A program made the position numbers and the translations under genes. Positions 28,527 to 36,926 of a stretch of DNA of 64,000 nucleotides are shown here, one piece after another. Source of the DNA: Deltaproteobacteria bacterium (GTDB taxonomy: Bacteria; Desulfobacterota; Binatia; UBA9968; JAJDTQ01). The notes under the pieces are model-generated. The model did not search any database, was not told the DNA's origin, and worked only from the letters and a program-made list of their open reading frames with translations. The stretch is from the NCBI GenBank assembly GCA_026712905.1, contig JAPOPM010000145.1, positions 954 through 64,953 on the forward strand, read 5' to 3'. Position 1 is the first letter of the stretch; the number at the start of each line of letters is the position of its first letter.

Positions 28527-29426
28527 ATGGTGCCATCGGCTACGCAACCTTCCATGATCGACCTCCCCCCTGGCGTAAGCAGCCACTTCGTCGAAGTGGG
28601 CCAGATACGTACCCATTACCTCGAAGCGGGCGTCGGCCGCGGCCCCACCGTCGTGCTGATCCACAGCGGCGAGTTCGGCGGCCGGGCCGAGTTCAGTTGG
28701 CGTTACAACATCGCCCAGCTCGGCGAGCACTTCCACGTCTACGCCCCCGACCTGGCCGGCTTCGGCCGCACCGACCTGGTGTACAACTTCAGCGACGCCG
28801 TGGGTTTCCGACTCAAGCACGTCGACGGCTTCCTCCGGACCATGTGCCTCGGCCCCGTGCACCTCATGGGCAACTCCTTCGGCGGCGGGTTCTGCCTCCA
28901 GATGGCGACGGACCCGCGCTTCGACGTGGCCTCGGTGATCGCCGTGAGCGGCGGCGGCAAGGCCCCCGACAACGACGAACGCAAGATACTCACCGCTTAC
29001 ACCGGCGAGCGGGAGCAGATGCGCGACATCCTGCGCGTGTGCTTCTACAACGAGCGCTGGTGGGCCGACGAGGTGGTGGAGGAGCGCTGGCAGGCCAGTC
29101 TGGAACCGGGCGTGTGGGAGGCGTGCGCCGCCGCCCGCCTCGCGCCCTCGGGACAGCCTCGCGGCTTCCGTCCCGTGCGGCCCGACTACGGCAAGATCCG
29201 CTGTCCGGTGCTGATCGTGGCCGGCGACAAGGACCCGCTGCGTTTTCCCACCTACGCCACCGACCTGCAGGCCGAGATACCCGGTTCCGAAGTGAAGGTT
29301 TTCGAAAACTCGCGGCACTGCTCCCACGCGGAGCACCCCGAGGAGTTCAACGCATTGGCCATCGATTTCATCAAGCGGCACGCGGAAGAGGCGCAGGGTC
29401 ACGCGGAGGAGGCGCAGGGTTCATGA
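28527..29426 (+). CDS. alpha/beta-fold hydrolase (meta-cleavage-product hydrolase-like)
   Basis: Nucleophile elbow GNSFGG; HG oxyanion in VVLIHSGEFGG; C-terminal catalytic His in HCSHAEHPEEF. Confidence 0.8.
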   Translation: MVPSATQPSMIDLPPGVSSHFVEVGQIRTHYLEAGVGRGPTVVLIHSGEFGGRAEFSWRYNIAQLGEHFHVYAPDLAGFGRTDLVYNFSDAVGFRLKHVDGFLRTMCLGPVHLMGNSFGGGFCLQMATDPRFDVASVIAVSGGGKAPDNDERKILTAYTGEREQMRDILRVCFYNERWWADEVVEERWQASLEPGVWEACAAARLAPSGQPRGFRPVRPDYGKIRCPVLIVAGDKDPLRFPTYATDLQAEIPGSEVKVFENSRHCSHAEHPEEFNALAIDFIKRHAEEAQGHAEEAQGS

Positions 29427-30217
29427 CGTGGGTTTCCGAGACCATGGAGGTGGATGGCGTCAAGCTGGGCGTGCGCCGCCGCGGGGAGGGCGCCCCGGTG
29501 GTGATCCTCTACGGCGACCAGCCCGAAACGCCGGTCCCGCTCTTCGACGACGCGCTGGCCGGGCGTTTCCAGGCGGTGGTGCCGTCCCTGCCCGGGGTGA
29601 ACCGGTCGGAACTGCCCGACTGGGCGGACACCATGGAAGACCTGGCCTTCCTGGGGCTCGACCTGCTCGAAGGTCTGGACGCGGGGCCGGTGGACGTCAT
29701 CGCCCACGGCTTCGGCGGCTGGGTGGCGGCCGAGATGGCGGTGCGCGCGCACCAGCAGATCCGGCGTCTGGCGTTGGTCGATTCGGTCGGCATCAAGGTT
29801 TCGTCTCCCACCGTGCGCGACGTGCAGGACGTCTACGTCTACACGGTCCAGGAGGTCGCGGAGCTGGCGTGGCACGACCCGGCGGCCGCCAAGGCGCTCC
29901 GGTGGCCCGGCATGGAAGGCGTGGAGGGCGATGAGCTGCTCACCCTGCTGCGCAACCGCCAGTCGGTGCTGAAGTTTGCCTGGCGTCCCTTCATGTACAA
30001 CCCCAAGCTCATGCGGCGGCTGGCCCGGATACGGGTTCCCGCCCACCTGTTCTGGGGCGAGAGCGACCGGGTGGTAACCCCGGACTACGGCCGCGCGCTC
30101 CAGCAGGCCATTCCCGGCGCCGGCCTCACCGCGATACCCAAAGCCGGCCACTACCCGCAGTGGGAGCAGCCCAAGGCCCTGGCCCGGGCGGTTACGGAGT
30201 TTCTGGAGAGTGAGTAG
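29423..30217 (+). CDS. alpha/beta-fold hydrolase (second paralog)
   Basis: AHGFGGW nucleophile elbow and C-terminal GHYPQWEQP. ATG overlaps the upstream stop (ATGA). Confidence 0.8.
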   Translation: MTWVSETMEVDGVKLGVRRRGEGAPVVILYGDQPETPVPLFDDALAGRFQAVVPSLPGVNRSELPDWADTMEDLAFLGLDLLEGLDAGPVDVIAHGFGGWVAAEMAVRAHQQIRRLALVDSVGIKVSSPTVRDVQDVYVYTVQEVAELAWHDPAAAKALRWPGMEGVEGDELLTLLRNRQSVLKFAWRPFMYNPKLMRRLARIRVPAHLFWGESDRVVTPDYGRALQQAIPGAGLTAIPKAGHYPQWEQPKALARAVTEFLESE

Positions 30218-30264
30218 TTGGCGTCCTGCGACTTTGCTGCACCTGTCCTGAGCTTTGTCGAAGG

Positions 30265-31416
30265 ATGCCGTTTTCATTAAAGGAGGACCAGGAAATGCTG
30301 GCCTACCATTTCACCGAGATGCCTTATCCCTTCCTCCCCGATGATGCGGAGGAAACCTACGGGGCCATGCGCGTGACCCTGCCCAGCCGCTACTGCGATC
30401 CAAAGATCGCCCACGATCTCTACAACCGCTACCTCGACGAGTACGAGTACGCCGACGAGCTGGGCCTGGAGATCATGCTCAACGAGCATCACGCCACGGC
30501 CACTTGCATGGCGGCCAACGTCTCCATCACCGCCGGCACCCTGGTGCGCCGCACCAAGCGCGCCAAGATCCTGGTGCTGGGCTTCCCGCTGGCACACCGG
30601 AGCCCCATCCAGGTGGCCGAGGACGCCGCCATGATCGACGTCATTTCCGGCGGCCGGCTCATCGCCGGTTTCGTCCGCGGCGTGGGCACCGAGATCCATC
30701 CCGCCAACACCAACCCCTCCGACACCCGGGAACGCATGCAGGAGGCCCACGACCTCATCATCAAGGCATGGAAGACCCAGGACGTGTTCAACTGGGAGGG
30801 CAAGCACTACCACTACCGCTACGTCAACCCGTGGCCGCGCCCCTACCAGCAGCCCCATCCCCCCATCTGGATCACCGGCAGCCAGCCGGCGGCCGTGCCC
30901 TGGGTGGCCGACCACCACTACACCCTGGCCACCGTGCTCACCTCCTACGAGCAGACCGAAGCCCTCTTCACCGCCTACCGCAAGCGCTGCGAGGAGATGA
31001 ACTACCCTGAGCCCGGCACCGACAGGTTCGCCTATTGCGCCCTGACTTTCACCGGCGAGACCGACAAGAAAGCGGAAGAGGGCGGCCGCAAGCTCCTCTG
31101 GTACCTCAACAAGCGCCGCCCCGTGGGCTTCTTCGCTCCGCCCGGGTTCGTGCCCCCCCAGGGCCTCACCCGTTTCTTCGACCCCAAGGGCATGGCCCGC
31201 TACAACCGCACCTACGAAGACCTCATCGACCAGGGCGTCATCATCGCCGGCACCCCCAAGAAGGTCATCGAAAAGGTCAGGTACCTCTACGACCGCTGCG
31301 GCGTGGGGCACCTGCTCATGATGAACCAGGCCGGGTTCATGACCCACGAGGAGACGAAGCGGAGCATGGAGCTGTTCGCGACGGAGGTTTATCCGGAGTT
31401 GAAGACGTGGCAGTGA
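30265..31416 (+). CDS. LLM-class (luciferase-like) flavin-dependent oxidoreductase
   Basis: TIM-barrel LLM motifs (LGLEIMLNEHH, ISGGRLIAGFVRGVG). The 3' segment 31078-31254 is duplicated at 36714-36890. Confidence 0.85.
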   Translation: MPFSLKEDQEMLAYHFTEMPYPFLPDDAEETYGAMRVTLPSRYCDPKIAHDLYNRYLDEYEYADELGLEIMLNEHHATATCMAANVSITAGTLVRRTKRAKILVLGFPLAHRSPIQVAEDAAMIDVISGGRLIAGFVRGVGTEIHPANTNPSDTRERMQEAHDLIIKAWKTQDVFNWEGKHYHYRYVNPWPRPYQQPHPPIWITGSQPAAVPWVADHHYTLATVLTSYEQTEALFTAYRKRCEEMNYPEPGTDRFAYCALTFTGETDKKAEEGGRKLLWYLNKRRPVGFFAPPGFVPPQGLTRFFDPKGMARYNRTYEDLIDQGVIIAGTPKKVIEKVRYLYDRCGVGHLLMMNQAGFMTHEETKRSMELFATEVYPELKTWQ

Positions 31417-31559
31417 GGCGGCGCAAACGCTAGTAACGCACCCCTTCTTTCTTCCGGTTCGGGAGAGCGGAACCATGCCCCGCTTCCAGGGGGCGCGGCG
31501 CTCTCGTCGGCCCGTGTCCCACAGCGCTTACCGGATGGCCGTGTGACCTTGGGCGCGAT

Positions 31560-32171
31560 CTACAAAGGCTCGGAGCGATGTTCGGTTTCCGGCATCCACA
31601 CCAGCTGATTCTTCCAGACTTTCTCCTGTGCGATCTGGACGCACACTCCCCAGATCGCCAAGAGCGCCTCCGGGCTGTTCCTCGGCAGTGGCTTGTCTTC
31701 AATCAGCGTGTAACGCCACCGCTCATAGCCAGCCCCTTTCGGGCCGGAGATAAGAGTCAGGAAATGGTCCACTCTCCCAATAGCAAGGTAGGAGTGTAGC
31801 GATCGGAATCGCTCGTAGAACTCTGGCACGGTGTTTTGCGTCGGCTCTTCGATCTTCGAAAATAGCCAACCCAAGTTGTGCGTCCGGAACGGATACCGCC
31901 AAGCGTTACTCTCTCCCACGTCGGCGTTCTCCGGGACTGCAAGATCGATCAACTCTGCGATGGTCAGCCCTGTTTGCTCTGCAATCAGGTACTTTAGCGT
32001 TTGCTCAAGACCGCTATAGGCAGCAGTGATCACCGTCCAGTTCCTTGCGATGTCGGTGCCCGGATGTACTTCCTGCGTCAACGGCTCCTTTCCCAGCATT
32101 TCCTTAGTCTTCTTGTGCGCCGTCAGGAGCCGCTGCACCTTCTCGATCCTTGCCTCTCTCGGCATCGGCAT
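31560..32171 (-). CDS. hypothetical protein (orphan, about 50% GC) downstream of fic
   Basis: 203-aa ORF, 27 nt after the Fic stop. I recognise no family. It contains an R-x4-H-like element (RFRSLH). Low GC suggests horizontal origin. Confidence 0.45.
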   Translation of the reverse strand: MPMPREARIEKVQRLLTAHKKTKEMLGKEPLTQEVHPGTDIARNWTVITAAYSGLEQTLKYLIAEQTGLTIAELIDLAVPENADVGESNAWRYPFRTHNLGWLFSKIEEPTQNTVPEFYERFRSLHSYLAIGRVDHFLTLISGPKGAGYERWRYTLIEDKPLPRNSPEALLAIWGVCVQIAQEKVWKNQLVWMPETEHRSEPL

Positions 32172-32198
32172 GGGCGTTACTTCCTGCTTGGCTGAGTG

Positions 32199-33350
32199 TC
32201 ATCGCCGCTGGGGCTCAGTCTCAATGGCCACCGGGCAGACGAATTCGTAGCTAGTGCTCCGACCCCCAGTCTTGCTACGGACCAGGATTCCACGCTCTAT
32301 CAGATCGCGAATGTCTCGATTCGCCGTGTCCTGCGAGCAGCGGTTTATCGTTGCCCACTTCGACGAGGTGAGTTTCCCTTCGAAGCCGTCCAGAAGCCGG
32401 TTGAGGATCTTCACTTGGCGCTCGTTTAGGGGCTCGTGGGCATGGGCTTCCCAAAAGCGGGCCTTTGTCAGCACGGTGGCGAGCGTTTCCTGAGCGTTCT
32501 CGATGGCGCGTGCGAGACATTCGAGAAACCAGACCTGCCAATCGATGACATCCAGGCTACCTTTTTGGGTTGCCTCAAGGATGTCGTAGTAGGCGTTGCG
32601 CTCCAGGCGGATCTGGGCGGACATGCTGTAGAATCGCTCGGGGCTCTCTTCCGACCGGGCCAGCGCCATGTCGGCGATGGCCCGTGCGATACGTCCGTTG
32701 CCGTCGTCGAAAGGATGAATGGTGACGAACCAGAGATGAGCGATGCCGGCGGCGAGCACGGGCTCCATCGACTGTGTGCCTTCGAACCATTCCAGGAACC
32801 TGGATATCTCGTCCCCGAGGCGCTCGGCAGGCGGAGCGGTATAGTGAACGCGCTGGCGACCGACCGGGCCTGAGACCACCTCCATCGGCCCGTCCCCGTC
32901 GTCGCGCCATTGGCCGACGCGAATCCGGCGCATGCCGCTGCGCCCGGTCGGGAACAGGGCGGCGTGCCACGAGAACAGCCGTTCTTCGGTCAGGGGCTCG
33001 GCATAGTTCCGAGTAGCGTCGAGCGCCATTTCGACGGCGCCGTCGATGTTGCGATCAGCCGCCGGCAGGCCGCCGATATCAAGGCCGAGGCGGTTTGCAA
33101 TCGACGAGCGGACCTGGTCGGGGGCGAGCATCTCTCCCTCGATCTCGTTCGTCTTCACGACATCCTCGGTGAGCGTGCGCAACGTGGCTTGGCTGCGCAT
33201 CTCGAAACCCAGTGCCTCCATGCGGCCAAGCAGTCTTCCCTGGATGTGGCGTGTGTGCGCGAGGTGCTCGGCGAGCCGGGCCGTATCCTGCTGGAACCGC
33301 GGCCAATCCGGACGTTGCCAGATGTATGCAGGATATTCTCCGTGCAACAT
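32199..33350 (-). CDS. fic: Fic-family protein (class II, N-terminal inhibitory helix; C-terminal winged-helix)
   Basis: Fic motif HPFDDGNGRIARA (HPFx[D/E]GNGR). An N-terminal TNEIEG matches the [S/T]xxxE[G/N] auto-inhibition motif. Confidence 0.85.
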   Translation of the reverse strand: MLHGEYPAYIWQRPDWPRFQQDTARLAEHLAHTRHIQGRLLGRMEALGFEMRSQATLRTLTEDVVKTNEIEGEMLAPDQVRSSIANRLGLDIGGLPAADRNIDGAVEMALDATRNYAEPLTEERLFSWHAALFPTGRSGMRRIRVGQWRDDGDGPMEVVSGPVGRQRVHYTAPPAERLGDEISRFLEWFEGTQSMEPVLAAGIAHLWFVTIHPFDDGNGRIARAIADMALARSEESPERFYSMSAQIRLERNAYYDILEATQKGSLDVIDWQVWFLECLARAIENAQETLATVLTKARFWEAHAHEPLNERQVKILNRLLDGFEGKLTSSKWATINRCSQDTANRDIRDLIERGILVRSKTGGRSTSYEFVCPVAIETEPQRR

Positions 33351-33534
33351 GCGGAGAATATAGCACCCACTCTCTTCATTGACAAGTTAATCTCCGCCTA
33401 TATTGCGGAGGTAAGGAGCTTTATTCTCCGCGACCGTGCTGAAAGATCCTTCTAGTTTTCACCGATGGGAAGACGAAGTTGGTGAGAATCGGAACCGCGC
33501 CTACACTTCCTATTGAGCGTAGGAGCATTGCATT

Positions 33535-33564
33535 TTGTCAGTTTCATTGGTATTCTTCTGACAA
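33535..33564. promoter_or_regulatory. inverted repeat TTGTCAG-N16-CTGACAA immediately upstream of abiEi-like gene (candidate operator)
   Basis: 7-bp perfect arms about 20 nt before the start codon in an AT-rich divergent promoter region. AbiEi-type antitoxins are known autorepressors binding inverted repeats. Confidence 0.35.
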
Positions 33565-33585
33565 AATTGGTTGCGAGAAACCATC

Positions 33586-34182
33586 ATGCCCAGCCTGTCC
33601 AAACAAATCATGCAGCACACCGGCTCTCTTCGGGAGGGCACGCCGATCTGCGCCGGCCCGCTGCTTCATCTCGGCAGCCGAGCGGCGGTCGATCAGGCGC
33701 TCTCTCGCCTCGCGCGTTCCGAGAGGCTGATGCGGATCTGCCAAGGGATCTACATGAAGCCGGTCGAAACCCGGTTCGGGCAGTGCGCACCCAGCATCGA
33801 TAAGGGGATTGAGGCGCTCGCGGCCATGTGGGGCGAGACCATCGTCCCCTGCGGTGGTGCCGCGGCGCATGTTCTCGGCCTCACAACCCAGATTCCAGTG
33901 CGGTCGGTCTATCTCACATCCGGCCCCGATCGCTGCCTGCGGTTCGGTAGTCTGGAAGTCGAACTGCGTCATGCCCCGCGCTGGCAGCTCACGGCTCCCC
34001 GCCGCAGGGCCGGCGATGTCATCCGTGCCTTGGCCTGGCTTGGTCCGGCCGAGATCCGGGAGGGGCTGGAAGCTGTTGTGCCAAGCCTCTCTCGCGAGGA
34101 TGTGGAAGAGCTTGCCGAGGCGCGGGCGACCATGCCGCATTGGATGGCGGAGCCGGTGAGTGCCCTTGTCACGAATGGCTGA
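33586..34182 (+). CDS. AbiEi-like antitoxin / transcriptional regulator (DUF6088-like)
   Basis: About 200-aa protein immediately upstream of, and overlapping, an AbiEii nucleotidyltransferase gene. The size and pairing fit the type IV AbiE module. A TTG at 33571 is an alternative start. Confidence 0.6.
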   Translation: MPSLSKQIMQHTGSLREGTPICAGPLLHLGSRAAVDQALSRLARSERLMRICQGIYMKPVETRFGQCAPSIDKGIEALAAMWGETIVPCGGAAAHVLGLTTQIPVRSVYLTSGPDRCLRFGSLEVELRHAPRWQLTAPRRRAGDVIRALAWLGPAEIREGLEAVVPSLSREDVEELAEARATMPHWMAEPVSALVTNG

Positions 34183-35191
34183 GGTATCGTTCCAGTCTTT
34201 GGCGGCCCGCGACAGGCGGGAGGCACTGAGAGCAGCGCAGGAAGCGAGCGGGATGCGGGCCTTCCTCCTGGAGAAGGATATCTGGGTCGTTCAGACGTTG
34301 CGCGTCCTGTTCGACTTGCCGTTCGGCTCCGACATTGTGTTCAAGGGCGGCACGTCGCTGGCAAAGGCCTACCAGGTAATCCGCCGCTTCTCGGAGGATA
34401 TCGACGTTACCTACGACATCCGCGCCTTCGCACCGGACCTCGTGACCGGCGCGGGCGCCGAGGCGCTGCCACCGACGCGAAGCCAGGAGCAACGCTGGAG
34501 CAGCGCCATCCGCTCGCGTCTCGCCGCATGGGTCCGGGGCGAGTGCCTCCCGGCGGTTGGCGAGTGCCTCGCGCGTGAAGGTTTCTCAGCCGAGGTCCGC
34601 GCCTCAGGAGAACGGCTGCTCGTTCGTTATGAGTCGTTGTTCGACGACCCTGGATTCGTCAGGCCCGAAGTCATGGTTGAGTTTGGCGCGCGCGGGACGG
34701 GCGAACCGCACGAAAAGCGTCCGGTGGCGTGTGACGCGGCGCCTCATCTTCCTGGCATCGTTCTGCCAACAGCTTCTCCGTCGGTCATGCTGGCCGAACG
34801 TACATTCTGGGAAAAGGCCACGGCCATTCACGTGTTCTGCCGTCAGCAGCGCCACCGGGGCGAGCGACTGTCCCGCCACTGGCACGACGTCGCACGGTTG
34901 GACGCGGCCGGATACGCCGGCAACGCCCTCGCTGAGCGCGAGCTCGCGTTGACGGTAGCCCGGCACAAGGCGGCGTTTTTTCGCGAGAAGGACGTCGCGG
35001 GCAAGTGGATAGACTATGAGACCGCCGTTTCGGGCGGGCTTCAACTGGTCCCGGACGGCCTCGCTCGGGACGCGCTCGCTGAGGACTACGACAGGATGGT
35101 TTCCGACGGCATGCTGTTGGGCGATGCCGAACCGTTCGACGCGCTCCTCGAGCGTTGCCTTGATCTCGAGGCAAGAGCCAATTTGCGCTGA
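34175..35191 (+). CDS. nucleotidyltransferase AbiEii/AbiGii toxin-family protein
   Basis: Hallmark IVFKGGTSLAKAY…DIDV (NTase GS…D.D motif). The start overlaps the abiEi-like stop by 8 nt. Confidence 0.8.
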   Translation: MAEVSFQSLAARDRREALRAAQEASGMRAFLLEKDIWVVQTLRVLFDLPFGSDIVFKGGTSLAKAYQVIRRFSEDIDVTYDIRAFAPDLVTGAGAEALPPTRSQEQRWSSAIRSRLAAWVRGECLPAVGECLAREGFSAEVRASGERLLVRYESLFDDPGFVRPEVMVEFGARGTGEPHEKRPVACDAAPHLPGIVLPTASPSVMLAERTFWEKATAIHVFCRQQRHRGERLSRHWHDVARLDAAGYAGNALAERELALTVARHKAAFFREKDVAGKWIDYETAVSGGLQLVPDGLARDALAEDYDRMVSDGMLLGDAEPFDALLERCLDLEARANLR

Positions 35192-35216
35192 ACCGGATGC
35201 CGTAGCGACGTAACCT

Positions 35217-36257
35217 TCACCCCATCAACGCCCCGAACCCCACCCCTGTCAAGATCGCGCCCGCGACGCCGAATCCCACGTAGGCGGCGAACACCTGCCA
35301 GCGCACCAGCGACCACACGGCGACCATGGAGGGGACGCAGGTCACGGCGCCGGCGACCATGAAGGCCAGGGCGGCGCCGGCGCTCATGCCCTGTTCCATG
35401 AGGCCGGCGACGAGGGCGGGCGCGGCATAGCCGTTGAGGTAGGCGGGCGTACCCACCAGGGCGCCGATCACGATGGGGCCGGCCCCGGGTCCCCCGACCA
35501 GGCCCGCGATCAACGCGGCCGGCACGTAGGTGACGAGCAGGGCCTGGATCAGGTAGGCGAACGCCAGCCACTTGACCAGGAACCGCGCGTTCTCCAGCGA
35601 TTCGGACCGGAAGTTGGCCGCCCGCGCCGGCTCGCGCCAGAATCGCCAGACAATCTCGCCCGTCTCGAGGGTGCTGCCGCAGGCGCCGCAACCGCCCGCC
35701 GCGTCTTCCCGCAACGGGGCGGCGAACGCATGGCGCCGGACCAGGAGGCGCACACCGAAGCCGCCGAAGAGACCGATGGCGACGGCCGCCGCAGCCTTCC
35801 CCACGGCGAAGTCCCAGCCGAGGGCGGCGGCGGTAATGAGCGCGGCGGGAGGGTCGATGACGGGGGAGGACAGCCAGAAGGCCATGATGGCGGAGAGCGG
35901 CGCGCCGATCGCCAGCAGCGCCGCGATGAAGGGGATGACCTCACAGGCGCAGAAGGGAGCGAGGCCGCCGACAAGCGCCGCCAGGAAGATCATGCGCGTC
36001 TCGCGTCCTTCGAAGGCACGCGCCACGAGGGCCGTGGTTCCCGTCGCCCTGAGATACGCGATGAGCAGCACCGCCGCGGCGATGAAGGGCACCGTTCCCG
36101 CGAACGCCGCCAACGCGATCCACAGGATGTCCGGCAACTCGGTGGCGTCCAGCACCGCCACGGCGAGCGGGACGGCGAGCATGAGGCCCCAGACCGACAC
36201 CACGCCCCGGACCCCCGTGCGCAACCCGTTGACTCCGTTCAGAACCAGTTCCGTCAT
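35217..36257 (-). CDS. permease, UPF0718/YraQ (ArsP-like) family
   Basis: Two-repeat permease with the conserved PFCACE motif in TM (ArsP has TPFcSCS) and a Cys-rich cytoplasmic loop (GGCGACGS). It is adjacent to an ArsR regulator. Confidence 0.7.
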   Translation of the reverse strand: MTELVLNGVNGLRTGVRGVVSVWGLMLAVPLAVAVLDATELPDILWIALAAFAGTVPFIAAAVLLIAYLRATGTTALVARAFEGRETRMIFLAALVGGLAPFCACEVIPFIAALLAIGAPLSAIMAFWLSSPVIDPPAALITAAALGWDFAVGKAAAAVAIGLFGGFGVRLLVRRHAFAAPLREDAAGGCGACGSTLETGEIVWRFWREPARAANFRSESLENARFLVKWLAFAYLIQALLVTYVPAALIAGLVGGPGAGPIVIGALVGTPAYLNGYAAPALVAGLMEQGMSAGAALAFMVAGAVTCVPSMVAVWSLVRWQVFAAYVGFGVAGAILTGVGFGALMG

Positions 36258-36637
36258 GACGGTTCTTTCGTGAGTGCGGCCCGGGCGGCGCGGGCCTGGA
36301 GCGATGGGCAGGCATCAACGCAACACTCTTCGAGCAGAAACGCGGCAAGCGCTTCGAGACGGCGGTAGGCGGCACGGTTGATCACGATGCGGCCCCGGCG
36401 CTCCTGCTCGACCAGCCCGCCGGCGGCAAGGAAGCCGAGATGGTGGGCGAGCGTCGAGGCCGGCAAGCCCGAGCGCTCCTGGACCTCGCCTACCGTGAGC
36501 CCTTCGGCCCCGGCGCGCACGAGCAGGCGAAGCACCGTGAGCCTCGGCTCGGAGCCGCACGCGGCGAATCCCTGCGCCGCTTCCTCAAGCGCCAGCGTGG
36601 AGGTTGGCGAAGTCCTGGAATAAGAGGTTATATCCAC
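36254..36637 (-). CDS. arsR: ArsR/SmtB-family metalloregulator with C-terminal Cys cluster
   Basis: wHTH (LRLLVRAGAEGLTVGEVQERSGLPASTLAHHLGFL) and a C-terminal CCVDAC. The start is uncertain (GTG at 36637 abuts a palindrome). Confidence 0.65.
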   Translation of the reverse strand: MDITSYSRTSPTSTLALEEAAQGFAACGSEPRLTVLRLLVRAGAEGLTVGEVQERSGLPASTLAHHLGFLAAGGLVEQERRGRIVINRAAYRRLEALAAFLLEECCVDACPSLQARAARAALTKEPS

Positions 36638-36657
36638 ATAACTAATTATATAGTTAT
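36638..36657. promoter_or_regulatory. AT-rich palindrome ATAACTAATTATATAGTTAT (candidate ArsR operator)
   Basis: 7-bp inverted arms ATAACTA/TAGTTAT in a 20-bp fully AT-rich tract directly upstream of arsR. ArsR operators are typically imperfect 12-2-12 palindromes. Confidence 0.35.
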
Positions 36658-36713
36658 AATTGCCAATGTCAACCCTCACGCAAGGTCCGGCGCCCGAGCC
36701 GTCTCTACCGTGC

Positions 36714-36890
36714 GAGGGCGGCCGCAAGCTCCTCTGGTACCTCAACAAGCGCCGCCCCGTGGGCTTCTTCGCTCCGCCCGGGTTCGTGCCCCCCCAGGGC
36801 CTCACCCGGTTCTTCGACCCCAACGGCATGGCCCGCTACAACCGCACCTACGAAGACCTCATCGACCAGGGCGTCATCATCGCCGGCACC
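36714..36890 (+). pseudogene. 177-bp duplicated 3' fragment of the LLM oxidoreductase gene (direct repeat of 31078-31254)
   Basis: Encodes EGGRKLLWYLNKRRPVGFFAPPGFVPPQGLTRFFDPNGMARYNRTYEDLIDQGVIIAGTP. It differs from the intact gene at about 2 nucleotides and has no upstream coding context. Confidence 0.7.
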
Positions 36891-36926
36891 CCTCTGAACA
36901 CCTTACCGGGCGGCGGCGGACACCGC

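Noticed and set aside
25989-30217. Recurrent peptide strings (…SFPRKRESRGGG…, …HSRGSGNPG…) at the N-termini of several track ORFs.
   Set aside because: They are translations of the intergenic DNA repeats read through by over-extended ORFs. True starts lie downstream.
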